Below are positions 1 to 12,500 of a DNA stretch of 64,000 bases, piece after piece (the stretch's first letter is position 1; each line of letters opens with the position of its first letter). Source of the stretch: Mytilus edulis (taxonomy: Eukaryota). Made by a program: the position numbers and the translations under genes. The DNA lies in NCBI RefSeq assembly GCF_963676685.1, contig NC_092344.1, forward strand, positions 104,656,001-104,720,000, written 5' to 3'. The notes below the pieces were generated by a model. The model searched no databases. It worked only from the letters and a program-made list of their open reading frames with translations, and was not told the origin of the DNA.

Positions 1-1042
1 AACAAAACGGGGTTCCCAACTGAAATATAGTTCTTATTGCACTAACCACACAATGTGGGAAATAAAAAAGGCAATATGCGACGAAATATATGATAAATTT
101 GGTTATATTAACTAGTTTACTCATATTTTCAGGCTTAAAGCAGAATGAAAATAATTCAAACGGAATCTTAAGCCATTTTATTTTAGTTTTCTTGTCTGGT
201 GGTATCCAAGAATCTGCAAGTGTTAATTGTACTAAAACACACAGGAACAGAAACATGCCTGAGGTAATTATATATGGATCTGTAAAACCTATTAGTTGTA
301 TTAAGTACCCGGTACCTATTTGAAAGCTAACAGAGCCAACGGCAGATAAAGCATCGTATACTGTCATCATTAAAGATCTATCTTTTCCCTCTGAGGTTAC
401 ATCTGCAAGAATAGCGAAGTTTGTTATTTGATATGTATAAAACGATCCTGCAAGCCCTAATATTCCACATGCAATGGTATAATAATATAAATTCATGTTT
501 CTATACACGATTACTGTTTTAAGAATAAATGAAACGAGTGTGATAACTAAATTCCACATCAAAACAGGTTTCCGTCCAATTTTATCAGCGATTGGTCCTG
601 CGAAAACTACGATTGGAAATGAAACACCCGCTTCAGCAATTTGCATGTACCATGACCAGTCTGATGCTAATTGTTGTAGTTGGTCGTCTGATGATGTTGA
701 ATTGGCATCACACGTCTTAAAGTTTTCAGTAGAATTATTCTGTGTTTCATCACGGGTGTCATTTAAAGAATAATTATTTTTTATGTATGAATAAGTAAAT
801 TGTGGTTCGATTGTTGTGGTCACAGTAATCGCACAGTTGTAAATTAATGCATACATCATCACTTTCATTCTTGTACTCATACATTGTGTGTATGTTTTCT
901 CCTTAACTAATAGAACTTCCTTTTCATATGTTTTATCCTTGGCCAATAGAACTTCCTTTTCATATGTTTTATCCTTGGCCAATAGAACTTCCTTTTCATA
1001 TGTGTTATCCTTGGCCAATAGACCTTCTTTTTCATCGTCCAT
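1..1042 (-). CDS. SLC46-family MFS transporter paralog A, first coding exon (3' part runs off window)
   Basis: Absent from the ORF track because its stop lies outside the window. Manual translation from ATG at 1042: MDDEKEGLLAKDNTYEKEVLL...IEPQFTYSY...LASDWSWY...GPIADKIGRKP...IRTIFQLGTPFC, in frame to base 1. Same motifs as the other paralogs. Confidence 0.9.
   Translation of the reverse strand, partial: MDDEKEGLLAKDNTYEKEVLLAKDKTYEKEVLLAKDKTYEKEVLLVKEKTYTQCMSTRMKVMMYALIYNCAITVTTTIEPQFTYSYIKNNYSLNDTRDETQNNSTENFKTCDANSTSSDDQLQQLASDWSWYMQIAEAGVSFPIVVFAGPIADKIGRKPVLMWNLVITLVSFILKTVIVYRNMNLYYYTIACGILGLAGSFYTYQITNFAILADVTSEGKDRSLMMTVYDALSAVGSVSFQIGTGYLIQLIGFTDPYIITSGMFLFLCVLVQLTLADSWIPPDKKTKIKWLKIPFELFSFCFKPENMSKLVNITKFIIYFVAYCLFYFPHCVVSAIRTIFQLGTPFC
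890..1033 (-). repeat. Coding 36-bp minisatellite x4 (EKEVLLAKDKTY)
   Basis: Plus-strand unit aatagaacttccttttcatatgttttatccttggcc repeated about four times, in frame at the N-terminus of paralog A. Confidence 0.95.
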
Positions 1043-2027
1043 ATTTGTCTATTTAGAATGAACACTTACAACATACACGTTCGTTTATCAATAAATAAAT
1101 ATTTATATTTATTTGTGTGCATATACACTAACAGAAAATTATGTCCTATCTTTTTGACAATGATAACTACATGTGGAGATAAACATGCATCTATAGAAAT
1201 TTGAGGGAATATGGTTCACTCTACATATTAATTATTTGCTTAGGATTTTTTTTACTGTAGATGAGTCTTATAATCGAATACCGTGAATACTTAATTCAAT
1301 CTAGTTATTTTTTTTCTAAATTGTATGACCCCATTGGTAAATAAGCCTGTAGAAATATTATCATTCATGTACTCCATATGTCACGTAAATCATTGGTAAA
1401 CAGGGGGCTTCTGTTTTGCTGTGCGGGATGTATACATACGCAGTCACGTTCGGTCGAAAAGGGAACTTTAAATTCTAAATTTTAACAAATATTTTTATGA
1501 TTATATATTCAAACAGCTATGAGTAAGTTCTGAAACTATAGAAATAAAAAAAAAAAAACTTTTCTGGCTCTTGTATTCACAAAAATATCTACATTGTGTC
1601 TTGCAAAGTTTACTTTCGTTGCAGAATGTCGTATAATTGTCCTGGTTTCCAGTTGTCTACAGCCGGACAGCAAATTCCTGATTTGTCCGTTAAAACCCTG
1701 GCTCGCTAGTGGGCAATTATGCAACATCTCCTAAATTTTATAGAATCAAGACATATATATACTCATATATACATGGTATTTAAATATAGTTCAATGATTT
1801 CAAGAAATGTATGATAAACATCAATAACTGAAAAATGAGGGACACTCAATTTGTTCAGTTGTTCGAATAGGAAACACAGTATTTGTTTTTAAATAAGAAG
1901 CATGGGCTTTTTCGAGTTTGTCCTTCACCGGAAAAAAATCGTCAATTATGCACGCCTTTATGACGTCATTTACCAGATAGAGGGGATCGCATATATCCCT
2001 GCACTATTAACCTTCATCGAGTGTCTA

Positions 2028-2783
2028 AGACCCTGTTCACACTAGGACATTTTTATCGATTTAAACTAGACCGGTTCACTTTAGATCGGTTTAAGGGCTA
2101 ATGTAAACTAAAACACCAAAAGAGGTGGTTTAGTTTGAATCGATCTAAAGTAAACCGATCTTACTTTAGATGTGAACGTAGAGATCGGTTTTTAAAACTA
2201 GTACGATTGAATCGAAAATAACGAAAATAACGTATCCGCATGTACAGCAGCAAAACTATCTCAGAGGTTCGTTGTTTAACCCATATTTTTCTGTTAAAAG
2301 AACTTTAAAACAAACTGAAAACATGTTGTCTTCGCCGTAGCATAGATTTGCGAAATCTGTGTCTTCTTTTCTTATGTTGATTTTTTTTCTTTGCAGGAAC
2401 CGCAGTATTTCCGGCGTCGTGTTGTAACTTCGTTGCTACAGTTATTTTTTTCAAAATTAAAGAAAACTGCAAGAACACCAGTATCAAAATTTTAACTTGT
2501 GATTCAAGAGAAACACTAAGTTTATCCAATTTTTTTTCCCAAGTGTGTGTATCAGTGTATCAACACATGAATTTGATAAATAATTCTATTCATACACAGT
2601 GTTTACAGTTTTTACGTGCAAAAAGGTTAGATCGATTGCGTTTTTAATTGGAGTGTGAACGCAGTGGCTCAGATAAGACCGATAGAGATCGTTATGATTA
2701 AAGATAATGTGAACGCTAACTGGTTTTATTTAGATCGATTCAAATTAGATCGATAAAAAATAATGCTAGTGTGAACAGGGTCT
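2028..2783. mobile_element. MITE (non-autonomous DNA transposon, Harbinger-like ends)
   Basis: TIR agaccctgttcacactag ... ctagtgtgaacagggtct; TA/TWA flanks; subterminal gatcga/gatcgg motifs; no ORF. Confidence 0.8.
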
Positions 2784-5129
2784 TAGTGATCGTCATTATG
2801 CATGATAAACTGGGTACACTGTTTGTTCTGTAGGTACTTAATCGCAGTTCCCCAATGAAAGCAGTGCTGATTGTCAATTATGAGAAACGTCCTGAATATG
2901 CATAAAATATTTGCCACTGGACGTTAAGCAACCAACAATCAATCTATTGTGAGAATTTGATTTGCTGAATAACTCGAGCAATATCGCATCATAGTTTTCT
3001 TATCACTCGCTAAACATGAGAACGGAAGAGACGATGCCCCTAAACGCACGAATGATGTTCACTAAAACCAAAGTTTTTGGCGGAAATGCATCGAACTCGA
3101 AAGTAGTGTAACTGTTTAATATCAATCGAACAGTTTGAAACCAGAAATTAATGATGCATACTTTATTGAGGTCTTTATTGTTTTGAAGCTTTGAAAATCA
3201 TTTTTATTTCATTTGAAAACCTATGAATGTCACGTGAAATTAAAAGAAATTCCATCTGAGAAGTGCATGATTTGGGAAGTATTTTTGCTGATTGTTGTAG
3301 GTCGTCCAGTGTATTAATGTTGTTTTGATTATTGATATTTGAATCTGATGGATATTTATGTCATTGGCAGTCATACCACTTCTTGAAATAATCCTTTGTA
3401 AATGTATCTGAAATTATGTAAATTGCGGAGGATAATGTTTTTGTGTGGATTGAAAAGATATTTCATTTTTTTTTTGTTTTTCAAACAAAGACGAGTGGGA
3501 CAAAAAGTAAGTGCTATTTTCACAATAAATTTATTACACACTAAACAAAAGTTGTTTGAAAATATCTATTGTCTGTTTTTCTTCGACCCACGGTTTTATG
3601 GTTCCTTAAATGTATTTTGTCATTGAGTTGCTGTGTTTTTCAAATATTATATCCATATCTTCCTTTATTTCTACTGTCACAGACAAATTGATTTTTACAT
3701 CAGAGGCCCCTGAGGGGCCTCGGGTGTATTGCCATCGCCTACTTTTCAAAGATCTTCAAAGATCAAAGAAATGCATATATAATTGATCATAATTAGTGTT
3801 GGGAAAATAACCGACATTATGAACCCGCGGACATTAAAGTGCAGAATAAAATTCCTTGTCGCTTCTTTTAAATTCATGTTTTCAATGGATACTAAGATTT
3901 TTTTGATTTTTTTAAATGCAAATTATTATATGAAAATGTTTTGTCGTTAGAAATATTCGTATATTAATCAAACGATCTTCAATATCAATGATATACCGAA
4001 AAATTGTTGTTGCGGATGAATATCACGAATGCATATTCATCAAGTGAGCAAGAGCGAGAGAGAGAAAATCAATTCACGCAATTACACACAGAAAGGTAAT
4101 TATACTTCAATTATTTGATTTAGAGTAACATCTTTAAACCGGTTGTAGCATAATTGTCTATAATATTAACGTAGCAAAATCAGGAATATTTAATCTGACA
4201 CAATATTAAGATATTTTTCAGGCCGCGTCCCCAGCAGCCGTTCTGTTCTGTTTGAGAAAATCCCTCCTTCAAAGGAGCACTTCGCACAATGACGAATAAT
4301 GTTTATATAAATATCTAACAAGACATACTACGTACGCCTCGTGAGATGAGTGTTGGTTGAAAATACCTACAAGGCCCTTAAAGATAAGTTACTTTCTTCA
4401 TTCTTTAATGCAACTATTTGTTTTTTTTAAAAGATCTCAACATTTTTTTAAGTTAAATTTCTTTTCTTCGTAAGCCTCGGTCACACCTTACCGGATAGCT
4501 CGAACGGACGCCTAACGGATAACTTTTTTTCAATCCGTTGATGTCCGTTAGACGTCCGTTCTTATCCGTTAGGCGTCCGTCCATATCCGTTGCGTGTCCG
4601 TTAAGCGTCCGTTTTATCCGTTGACGTCCGTTCTGTCCGGTGGAAAATTTTGAGCATGTTCAAAACTTTGAACGGACGTCCAACGGATAAAATGTCCGTT
4701 GAACGTCCGTTAGGCGTCCGTTAGACGTCCGTTTTGTACGGTACTCGTCCGTTTTGTATCCGTTACGTGTCCGTTATGCATCCGTTGGAGATCCGGTAGA
4801 CCAATTCACCAACGAACGTCTACAGGACGCCTAACGGACGCCAAACGGACGCCTAACGGATAAAACGGATGTGAAACGGACATTAACGGAAGGATAACGG
4901 ATAAAACGGATGCCTACTGATAGTTTATTCTCATAAAACCATGCAAGTACAAAGGTTACAGAGAAGTTGAAAAATAATATCAATAAAAAACAAAATATGC
5001 ATTAGAAATGCATAAAATTCAAAAATACTAGATGTAAAACGGACAAATGCCAATTGAAATTTCGCGTCAGAAATGCCAATATATGGTATGTTCGATTTTC
5101 TTGAGTGTCATGACTATTTATTATTCGTG

Positions 5130-5571
5130 ATGGATCTTGGAGTAAGAGCACGTCTTCGCTATCAAGCAGCTCTTATTCAGGCCAGACTCAACTTAAATGT
5201 AGCAAATATTAACCTTATAGCTGTCGAAAGGAGAAGAAGGAGAAGACAAAGGAGATGGTGGACACGACCATGGCTTAGTCCTGAAAGACGACGCAGTTTT
5301 GGTCTATATGACCAACTCATGACCGAACTTAGGCGGGAGGATCGGCATTCCTTAGTACACTTCCTTCGAATGCCCACCGAGATGTTCGACGAGATATTGC
5401 AGCGGGTTGGGCCTCGCAAAGCCAAGCAGAATACCTTTTACAGAAATCCGCTGGAACCAGGACTCAAGTAAGCAATTACACTTAGACACCTTGCTTCTGG
5501 AGCAAAATATCGTAGCATGCAGTACGGATGGATAGTTCCGCATAGCACCACATCCGTTTTCATACCAGAGG
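5130..5571 (+). pseudogene. Harbinger (HARBI1-like) transposase N-terminal fragment
   Basis: RRWWTRPWL...YDQLMTELRRED...FLRM...FDEILQRVGP...PLEPGLK*AITLRHLASG is the typical Harbinger N-terminus. In-frame stop at 5469-5471; no DDE core follows. Confidence 0.85.
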
Positions 5572-5615
5572 TACATAATATAAACAAATTCAGAAAATCA
5601 ACTTAAACTCTATAA

Positions 5616-5730
5616 TAGATATAGGAAGATGTGGTGTGAGTGCCAATGAGACAACTCTCCATACAAATAACAATTTAAAAAGTAAACCATTATAGGTTAA
5701 AGTACGGCCTTCAACACGGAGCCGCTATAA
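5616..5730. repeat. Abundant SINE-like interspersed repeat fragment (aagatgtggt...gccaatgagacaac family)
   Basis: Same motif recurs near 28805, 40720-40910 (reverse), 42515-42665 (reverse), 48345, 52770, 54750 and 56640. Confidence 0.7.
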
Positions 5731-8700
5731 GACTGAATTACCACACTGCTTCTACCTTGATTTTTTTTAATCAGAGGAGCACTATATTTGCACACATATC
5801 ATGCTAAACAAGACGCAATACAAAATAAAATCAACTAAACCAGTTAACTCAAAAAGTGACCCTCGTGTGAAGAAACGTAAAAAAAAATCGGATAAATTGT
5901 TCAATTTGTTTGGTACGTGTGACCTTGATAACTGTCCTACTGACCAGACTTTCCCAGAAGCAAATATTATAACATATATACTAGATACCATGTCCATCTG
6001 ACGCGCCTTTAATTTTCAGATGGTTTATTTCTTTTAATTTTCAGATGGTTTATTGCCTTTAATTTTTAGATAGTCTATTGCCTTTAATTTTCAGATTATT
6101 TTGTTCATCCGTTTTATCCGTTACGCTTTCGTTAGGTGTCCGTTTTATCCGGTACTCGTCCGTTGGATGTACGTTCGACGTCCGTTCTGTCCGGTATGTA
6201 TCCGTTTCACGTACGTTCAATGTCCGTTGTGTGTCCGTTAGGCATTCGTTACCTGTCCGTTAGTACACCAACGGACTCCCAACGGATAAAAAATTTGTCA
6301 ACGGATAACTTTTTTTTTATCCGTTAGGCGTCCGTTCGAGCTATCCGGTAAGGTGTGACCGAGGCTTAAATAACAAGTAGATTGATCACTTGGACACACA
6401 CGTGGAACTATTTTCTGTTTTTTAAGGTACTGTTTCGGATTTTCGCTCCTTTTCCGACTTGGTTACTTGCATTTGTATATTTGAATAATTATGTCCCTTG
6501 ACTAGAAAAAAAGCGGATTTTGTGAATGAATTTGTAAGTAATTCTTATATATAATTATTGGTTGAAATAATTGTATTTTATGTAATAATCAGAGATTCTT
6601 CGACTTCTTATTCTTCCAAAAGAATGAAAGAGATGGGTTATTTTTGAGTGTGAATTATGACTCTTGCTCTCTCGTAAAAGCAAAAGTCTTATTTTAGTCT
6701 CAGAATTTGGGTAAATCACATTTACTGAATTACAATTAGGCCTAATGGCGTTGTCCGTACCATTTACTAGCCTCTAGATATATTTAGAGAATCCTTACAG
6801 TTTTAGAGGTATAAATGTAGATTAACTGTCATGTTTTTTAAGTCTTCCTTGTAGTATTGTATAATTATGGACCATAAAATACATGTCACATGTACATGTA
6901 TTGCCAAAATTATTAAGTTGTGTAACCATATCAATGTAAAATTTTAGGTATTTGAATTAGACATTTGTTCACGCATACATGGGTACTTGAGCAAATACAA
7001 TCAGTTAACTGTCACTACGAGCACCCATGAGATCTTAAATTGAGCAAATATGATCACTTACATTTATGAGTAAAATTTGAAATAGATCTACTCAATTGAG
7101 TTAGATATATCAATTTTGAGACTAATCGAAATGGTTATTTGAGCACACATGTGGCTATTTACACTAATGAGAGCGATATTGGGATTCTGCATGAGTAAAC
7201 TTAGCAAATCTTTATAGCAGTTAACTGACATGCCAGCTCCAGACTTCAATAAAACTGACTGAAAGATTATGATTTCATCGTATGAATATCAAGCACAATC
7301 CTTCCTGTTAGGGGTTTAGTATCATACCAATGATACTATCATAACATATATGAGAAGAACATAACCAGTGTCATGCCAACAACTGTTTTTTGAATAAATG
7401 TGTTTAGTTCCAATGCAAAGACCCTATAAGTGAATCAATATGAACGCCAAAATATGCAATCTTTAATGACCTGATAACAGTATCGTTACTATTCAAAGGT
7501 TTTGTTAGTTTCTGAGGTGAATACTGACACCTTTGTGCTATCTATAGATATTTTCATGTATAAATTGATAATTATTTTAACCAATTTATACATTTTTTTA
7601 AATTTGTTTTTGACAATTTTTTGTTCATTTAAAAAAATAGGGACAACAGAGTTGGTGTATGTGGGTTCGATTCCCACCCTAGGCATTCATTTATATTGGC
7701 TGGTGCAAAGCGGGCAGTTTAGCTTAGTGGCCCCACACTGACTCTGTTGTTCATATGTCACTTAAAAAAATCAGGCGGCCTTGTTCGGGTCTTGCCATCT
7801 CTATTTTTCTTTTTGTAAATCATACACAACAATACATGTACTATTGAATAATTGTGAAAATTATACCACAGATAACTATGGTAAAACTTGAATTGTTGTT
7901 GGCATAATTAAACTTGGCAGCAATGGCTGCCATCCAAGATCCAAAAAGTTTTTATATTGATGAATAATATATCAGATTTTGATTCTTTTGGTCACAAAAC
8001 ATTTTGGATGGTACACTGTAGGTGGTGGCCAAATTTTTATTCTTATAGGCTTAAAGCTTTCGGGTCTGAAAATTGCCCAAAATCATCATGTTTTGACAAA
8101 ATTTGGAACATAAAATGTACTCTTATGAAAAGAACTGATTTATTGAGCGTTAAGACTTTAGTAATATACCCATTTGAGAAACCAAATTGTGAACTTTTTG
8201 GAGCTTTATGTTAAAGTTTATATTTTAGGCCATTTTGGACAAGAATTAAGTGAAACTTGTCCTTTGAATCAGTGGTTTCACACTAATAACCATACTATAT
8301 ATAGATAATACTAAGTATGATATCTGTTAGAAGATAGCTCTTTCACAGTACATTGTTAAACTTAAAGATAAATGTATACCAACAATGACCAATATTAATG
8401 ATGGAATGAGATTATACACAGTAACATGTATATTATACTGTCAGTGGCGGATTCAGAGGGGGGCGTACAATGTACATGTATAGCTGCAGATTCTTATTTT
8501 ATTCTTTTAAATATAATGGATAAATGATTGACTGTGTTGCAATAAAACCAAGATAACTCAGTGAAGCTATTTCTGAACATTAAAAAAGTTTTTGTTGACT
8601 GCAACAAAAATCTAGAATAAGGGATAGTAATATTGCTGTGTTAACATCCACTCCATTAGTGATTGATCCAAAAGCTAAATGTTCCAAAAAGTAGAAGACC

Positions 8701-8744
8701 TGGCCATGGATACTACATGAACAAACATTGTTAATAAATGTCAT

Positions 8745-8938
8745 TTGTAGAGCAGGATCTGCTTACCCATCCAGAGCACCTGATATCACCCCCAAGTTTT
8801 TGTGAGGTTCATGTTGCTCAGTCTTTAGTTTTCTATGTTGTTTTTAGTGTACTTTTATTTGTCTGCATATCTTTTTTAGTTTTAGTCATGAAATTGTAAG
8901 TTTTGGTTTATAAGTTTGCTGTTCATCTGGTATCTTTA
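8745..8938 (+). mobile_element. 3'-UTR-only copy of the Penelope-type element at 12577-13795
   Basis: gagcaggatctgcttaccc...gagcacctga.atcacccc...tctggtatcttt matches the 3' end of that element. Another copy lies at 34407-34620. Confidence 0.7.
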
Positions 8939-9558
8939 ATTTAGCTCCAATATTACAATTTGTCTGTTTTAATATAATGATTGTCTTAAACCTCTTTATC
9001 ACATGATCATAGTTCAGTGAGCATTGGTGAGTGACTATATACATGTAGCTACTCCAAGAATTGTTTGCTATGTTGATTCTCTATTATAAGTTATATGCTA
9101 ACTATTTTTGTATGTGTGCAACTATATGGTTATAATGCCAATCTAACAGTTCTCATTTGACCACATAATCATTGATAATTCACAAAGTTAAGTATCCTAG
9201 TTCAAGTCAGTATATCAGATATAATATACAAATATATATATATATATATATATAGCATAGCAAATTATATTATTTGTACTTTATTGTAAGGTGAACATAT
9301 CTGTCCGGCAAGTATAATATAAACACCTGTCATTTATCAATAATTCAACACAACTTGAGGTCCTCTGATGTTCAGTACTTCAGTACTTTGATTATATTTG
9401 GCACAAGGTTTATTATAAATTTTGTAAAAATTGATACATTATAAAATTTCACAACAGTACGAAAAACAACAACAAATAAGACCATAGTCCCTGAGTTTCT
9501 CTCCATCGTTTAGTTTTACGACCATGCTATTATATTGTGCTCTTCTGTTCATCTGTAA

Positions 9559-12500
9559 TTATTGTAGTAACTCTGTTTTCTCTGTGCTCTGTACCGTAGA
9601 CTTTTCTATGATGATTTCATCACGTATATGCTGTGTATTTGTACAGGAAGTGAATCTAAAATACAAAAAAAATATTTAAGAATAGTCATTCGATTCTATG
9701 GACCTAATGTATATCTTAGTTTGCATTGTTTTTATAACTGAAACGTGAAAATAAATATAAGATTGGATAAAAATAGTCGCCTTTTCTCCGATGATGTATC
9801 AATCTGTTCTAATTTACTTTTAAATCAAGTCTTAATGTAGACAACAAATATTACTGACCGAGTGTATTCAATAAACTTTTTAGTGTTTCTATTTTTCTTG
9901 TTTTCTCATGTTTTTTGTTGTTGTTGGGTTTTTTTTGTTGTTTTTTTTGTTTTTTTCGTTTCCTTTTAGGTGGCATATGGACACACTGATATAATGAACG
10001 TGCAGAATTCGACAATAAGTATTGCACTGCCTCATTCCGATAAACAGACTTTTTGACAACACAATTGAACTGAAAAAATACAGTGTTTAAAGAAGTTTGT
10101 TTTTGATCTCATCACAAATTAAATGAATAAAATACTGATTTAAGATTATTGGCGTTTTCCAAAAGTAAGTTAAATGTCCAATTTCAACTGCCGATAATAA
10201 ATAGACAAGTTTCCCAGACTAAATTATTGATACCAAAATATGTATAATTTACTGATTCATATGCAAACCTTTTAAAAAACATCATTCAAAGAAATATTGC
10301 ACACTGACGACGGCTAGTGTTTCTATTTGGATTCGTGCGTTTGACATGATCATCTTTTTGTTGAAGTGAAATCGGTTGAAATGATGTGATTGATTAACAA
10401 TGTAATAGGAACGCTGCATTTACTTTATGGTCCATATCTCGAATTCTGAGTGAAATGTTTGAAGCATTTATTATATAAGTTTGTCGTTTTAAAAAAATTA
10501 CATTAGTAAAAGTACTGCAACTGTTGAGACACCCGCCATAACAAAAAATACTAATCCGTTGTATATGGACAAAGTCTGGTCATAAATGTTGTTAAATAAA
10601 GTAGCAGCTCCAAGTGAACAGACAGCTTCCAGTAGGTACACATTCGAAAATAATACACCTAAAAAAGAATAGAAATGTATTTTATCAATCCTAGTTTTAG
10701 ACCGATCAGTCATAGTAAAGCGTCAGAAAAATACACAAATAACTATAAGGAAGCCTGGTAAAACTACCGTGATCTACATCAGTAAAGGTCCCGGATAACG
10801 TATACGAAGCAATGTTCTGGTAACGATAATAAGGACGATGCCGTCAATTTGCGGTCAGCAATTTCCAGAGCTAATTCAAGGAGAAGGAATTCCAAACCAT
10901 ATGATCGTCCGGTGGAAAATCAACAAATGGTAATGGCCGTCAAGACAACAATGGTACAAAATTCAACACAAAAGAATTATGTCGTGGCTTTAGCCAATTC
11001 AACGTCAATGATGGGAACCGTGGTAAATCAAACAGCAATTTCCAATCAGCAGTGTGCTTTTACTGCAACCAGCCCGGTCAAATTTTTATAGGACTAACAT
11101 TAACAATACCAATTTTACTGAACCAGATGTGTATTTCGATGATAAAAATCTCATCATTGATGCTCGAAGCAAACTACTTGAAAATCCAAACTTATTCAAA
11201 AATTGAAAAGCTGGTAAATCCTAGTACAATGACAAAACAGTATTGCCAATTTGGATATATGAAAACTCTCATCATACAATACATAGCCTTATCGTGGATT
11301 TGATTGCTTATCATTCAACATGTGATATCAATTATCCTTATACTTAGTTACCTTGCTTGTCTTTACTAACTAAACGAGAAAGTACTGCTTTAATCATAGA
11401 AATTGGCAGAAACCTCAGTAAACCAACTGCTGTTCCTGAAAAAAATATTCAAATGTTTGAACTTTATCATTTCTATATTATCTTAGGGCAAATTCCTTAT
11501 AATTCAATCATATACAACTGTACAAAACCATTGCAATGTCAAATAAAAAGTCAATTATGATACACGATGGTCTTGGTGTATACATTCTGTGTACTGATGT
11601 TGTTTGTCATCTTAACAACGTATTATATTGTTCTTTCATTTGTCTTAGTTCTATTATTAATATTACTTTTACTGTTGGCTTGTTTTCTGTGATATCAATT
11701 TGGCGTGGCTCGGTACTTAAACATCCCGTCAATGTGTTTGTATTGTCTTTCATTTTTTTGCTGGTGTGTTTTGTATATGCACCTTTGTATTTCTTTGGTT
11801 CTTATAACGTGACTCTGTACTTTTAAAGATCCCGTCAGTATGATATTGTTCTATTTTATGTCATTATGATATATTTCTATTATGAATTACAAAATTATTC
11901 AATCGCGTAGTGGAATGAACTATTTGTAGATTCTTATAAATTCTATATAACTTTTGGACTATTTTAAATCTTAGTCTATTTCTGAAATCAATTCTTACAT
12001 ACTTTTGATTTTTTAACCCTGTATGCTAACATTGCCTATGTGAAATTTTGAAATTGTTTGTATGTACATTGAACGACAAATATCTGTGACGTTTAAAATT
12101 TCTGATGTCAGACACGCGAATCAATGAATGTATATGTAGATAGATATTTATGTGTTCTGCTAAATTGTTTCTTTTAAAATTGTTACACGATGATGACTGC
12201 TGTACCCATATTTTGGCTATTTTATTTATTATGTCTCTTTAGTTCACGCATCATTGGTAATATACCGAAATTTGATGAGACTATCATAAAAGTGAGAGGT
12301 TTAGCGCTATAAAACCAGGTTTAATCCACCATTTTCTACATTTGAAAATGCCTGTACCAAGTCAGGAATATGACAGTTCTTGTCCATTCGTTTTTGATGT
12401 GTTTTGTTATTTGATTTTGCCATGTGATTATGGACTTTCCGATTAGATTTTCCTCTAAGTTCAGTATTTTTGTGATTTTACTTTTTATGAATAGACTAGA

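Larger units (their letters stand above)
4473..6366 (+). mobile_element. PIF/Harbinger transposon, internally deleted
   Basis: About 50-bp TIRs agcctcggtcacaccttaccggatagctcgaacggacgcctaacggataa and its reverse complement; TA/TWA flanks; dense subterminal ccgtt/aacgg arrays; transposase remnant inside. Confidence 0.9.

Noticed and set aside
90-773. Plus-strand ORFs 90-323 and 495-773 (and similar ones opposite other SLC46 exons and the LIM gene)
   Set aside because: Antisense shadows of real minus-strand coding exons.
7662-7686. Possible tRNA gene
   Set aside because: Only a T-arm; no correctly ordered D-arm, anticodon arm or pairing acceptor stem.
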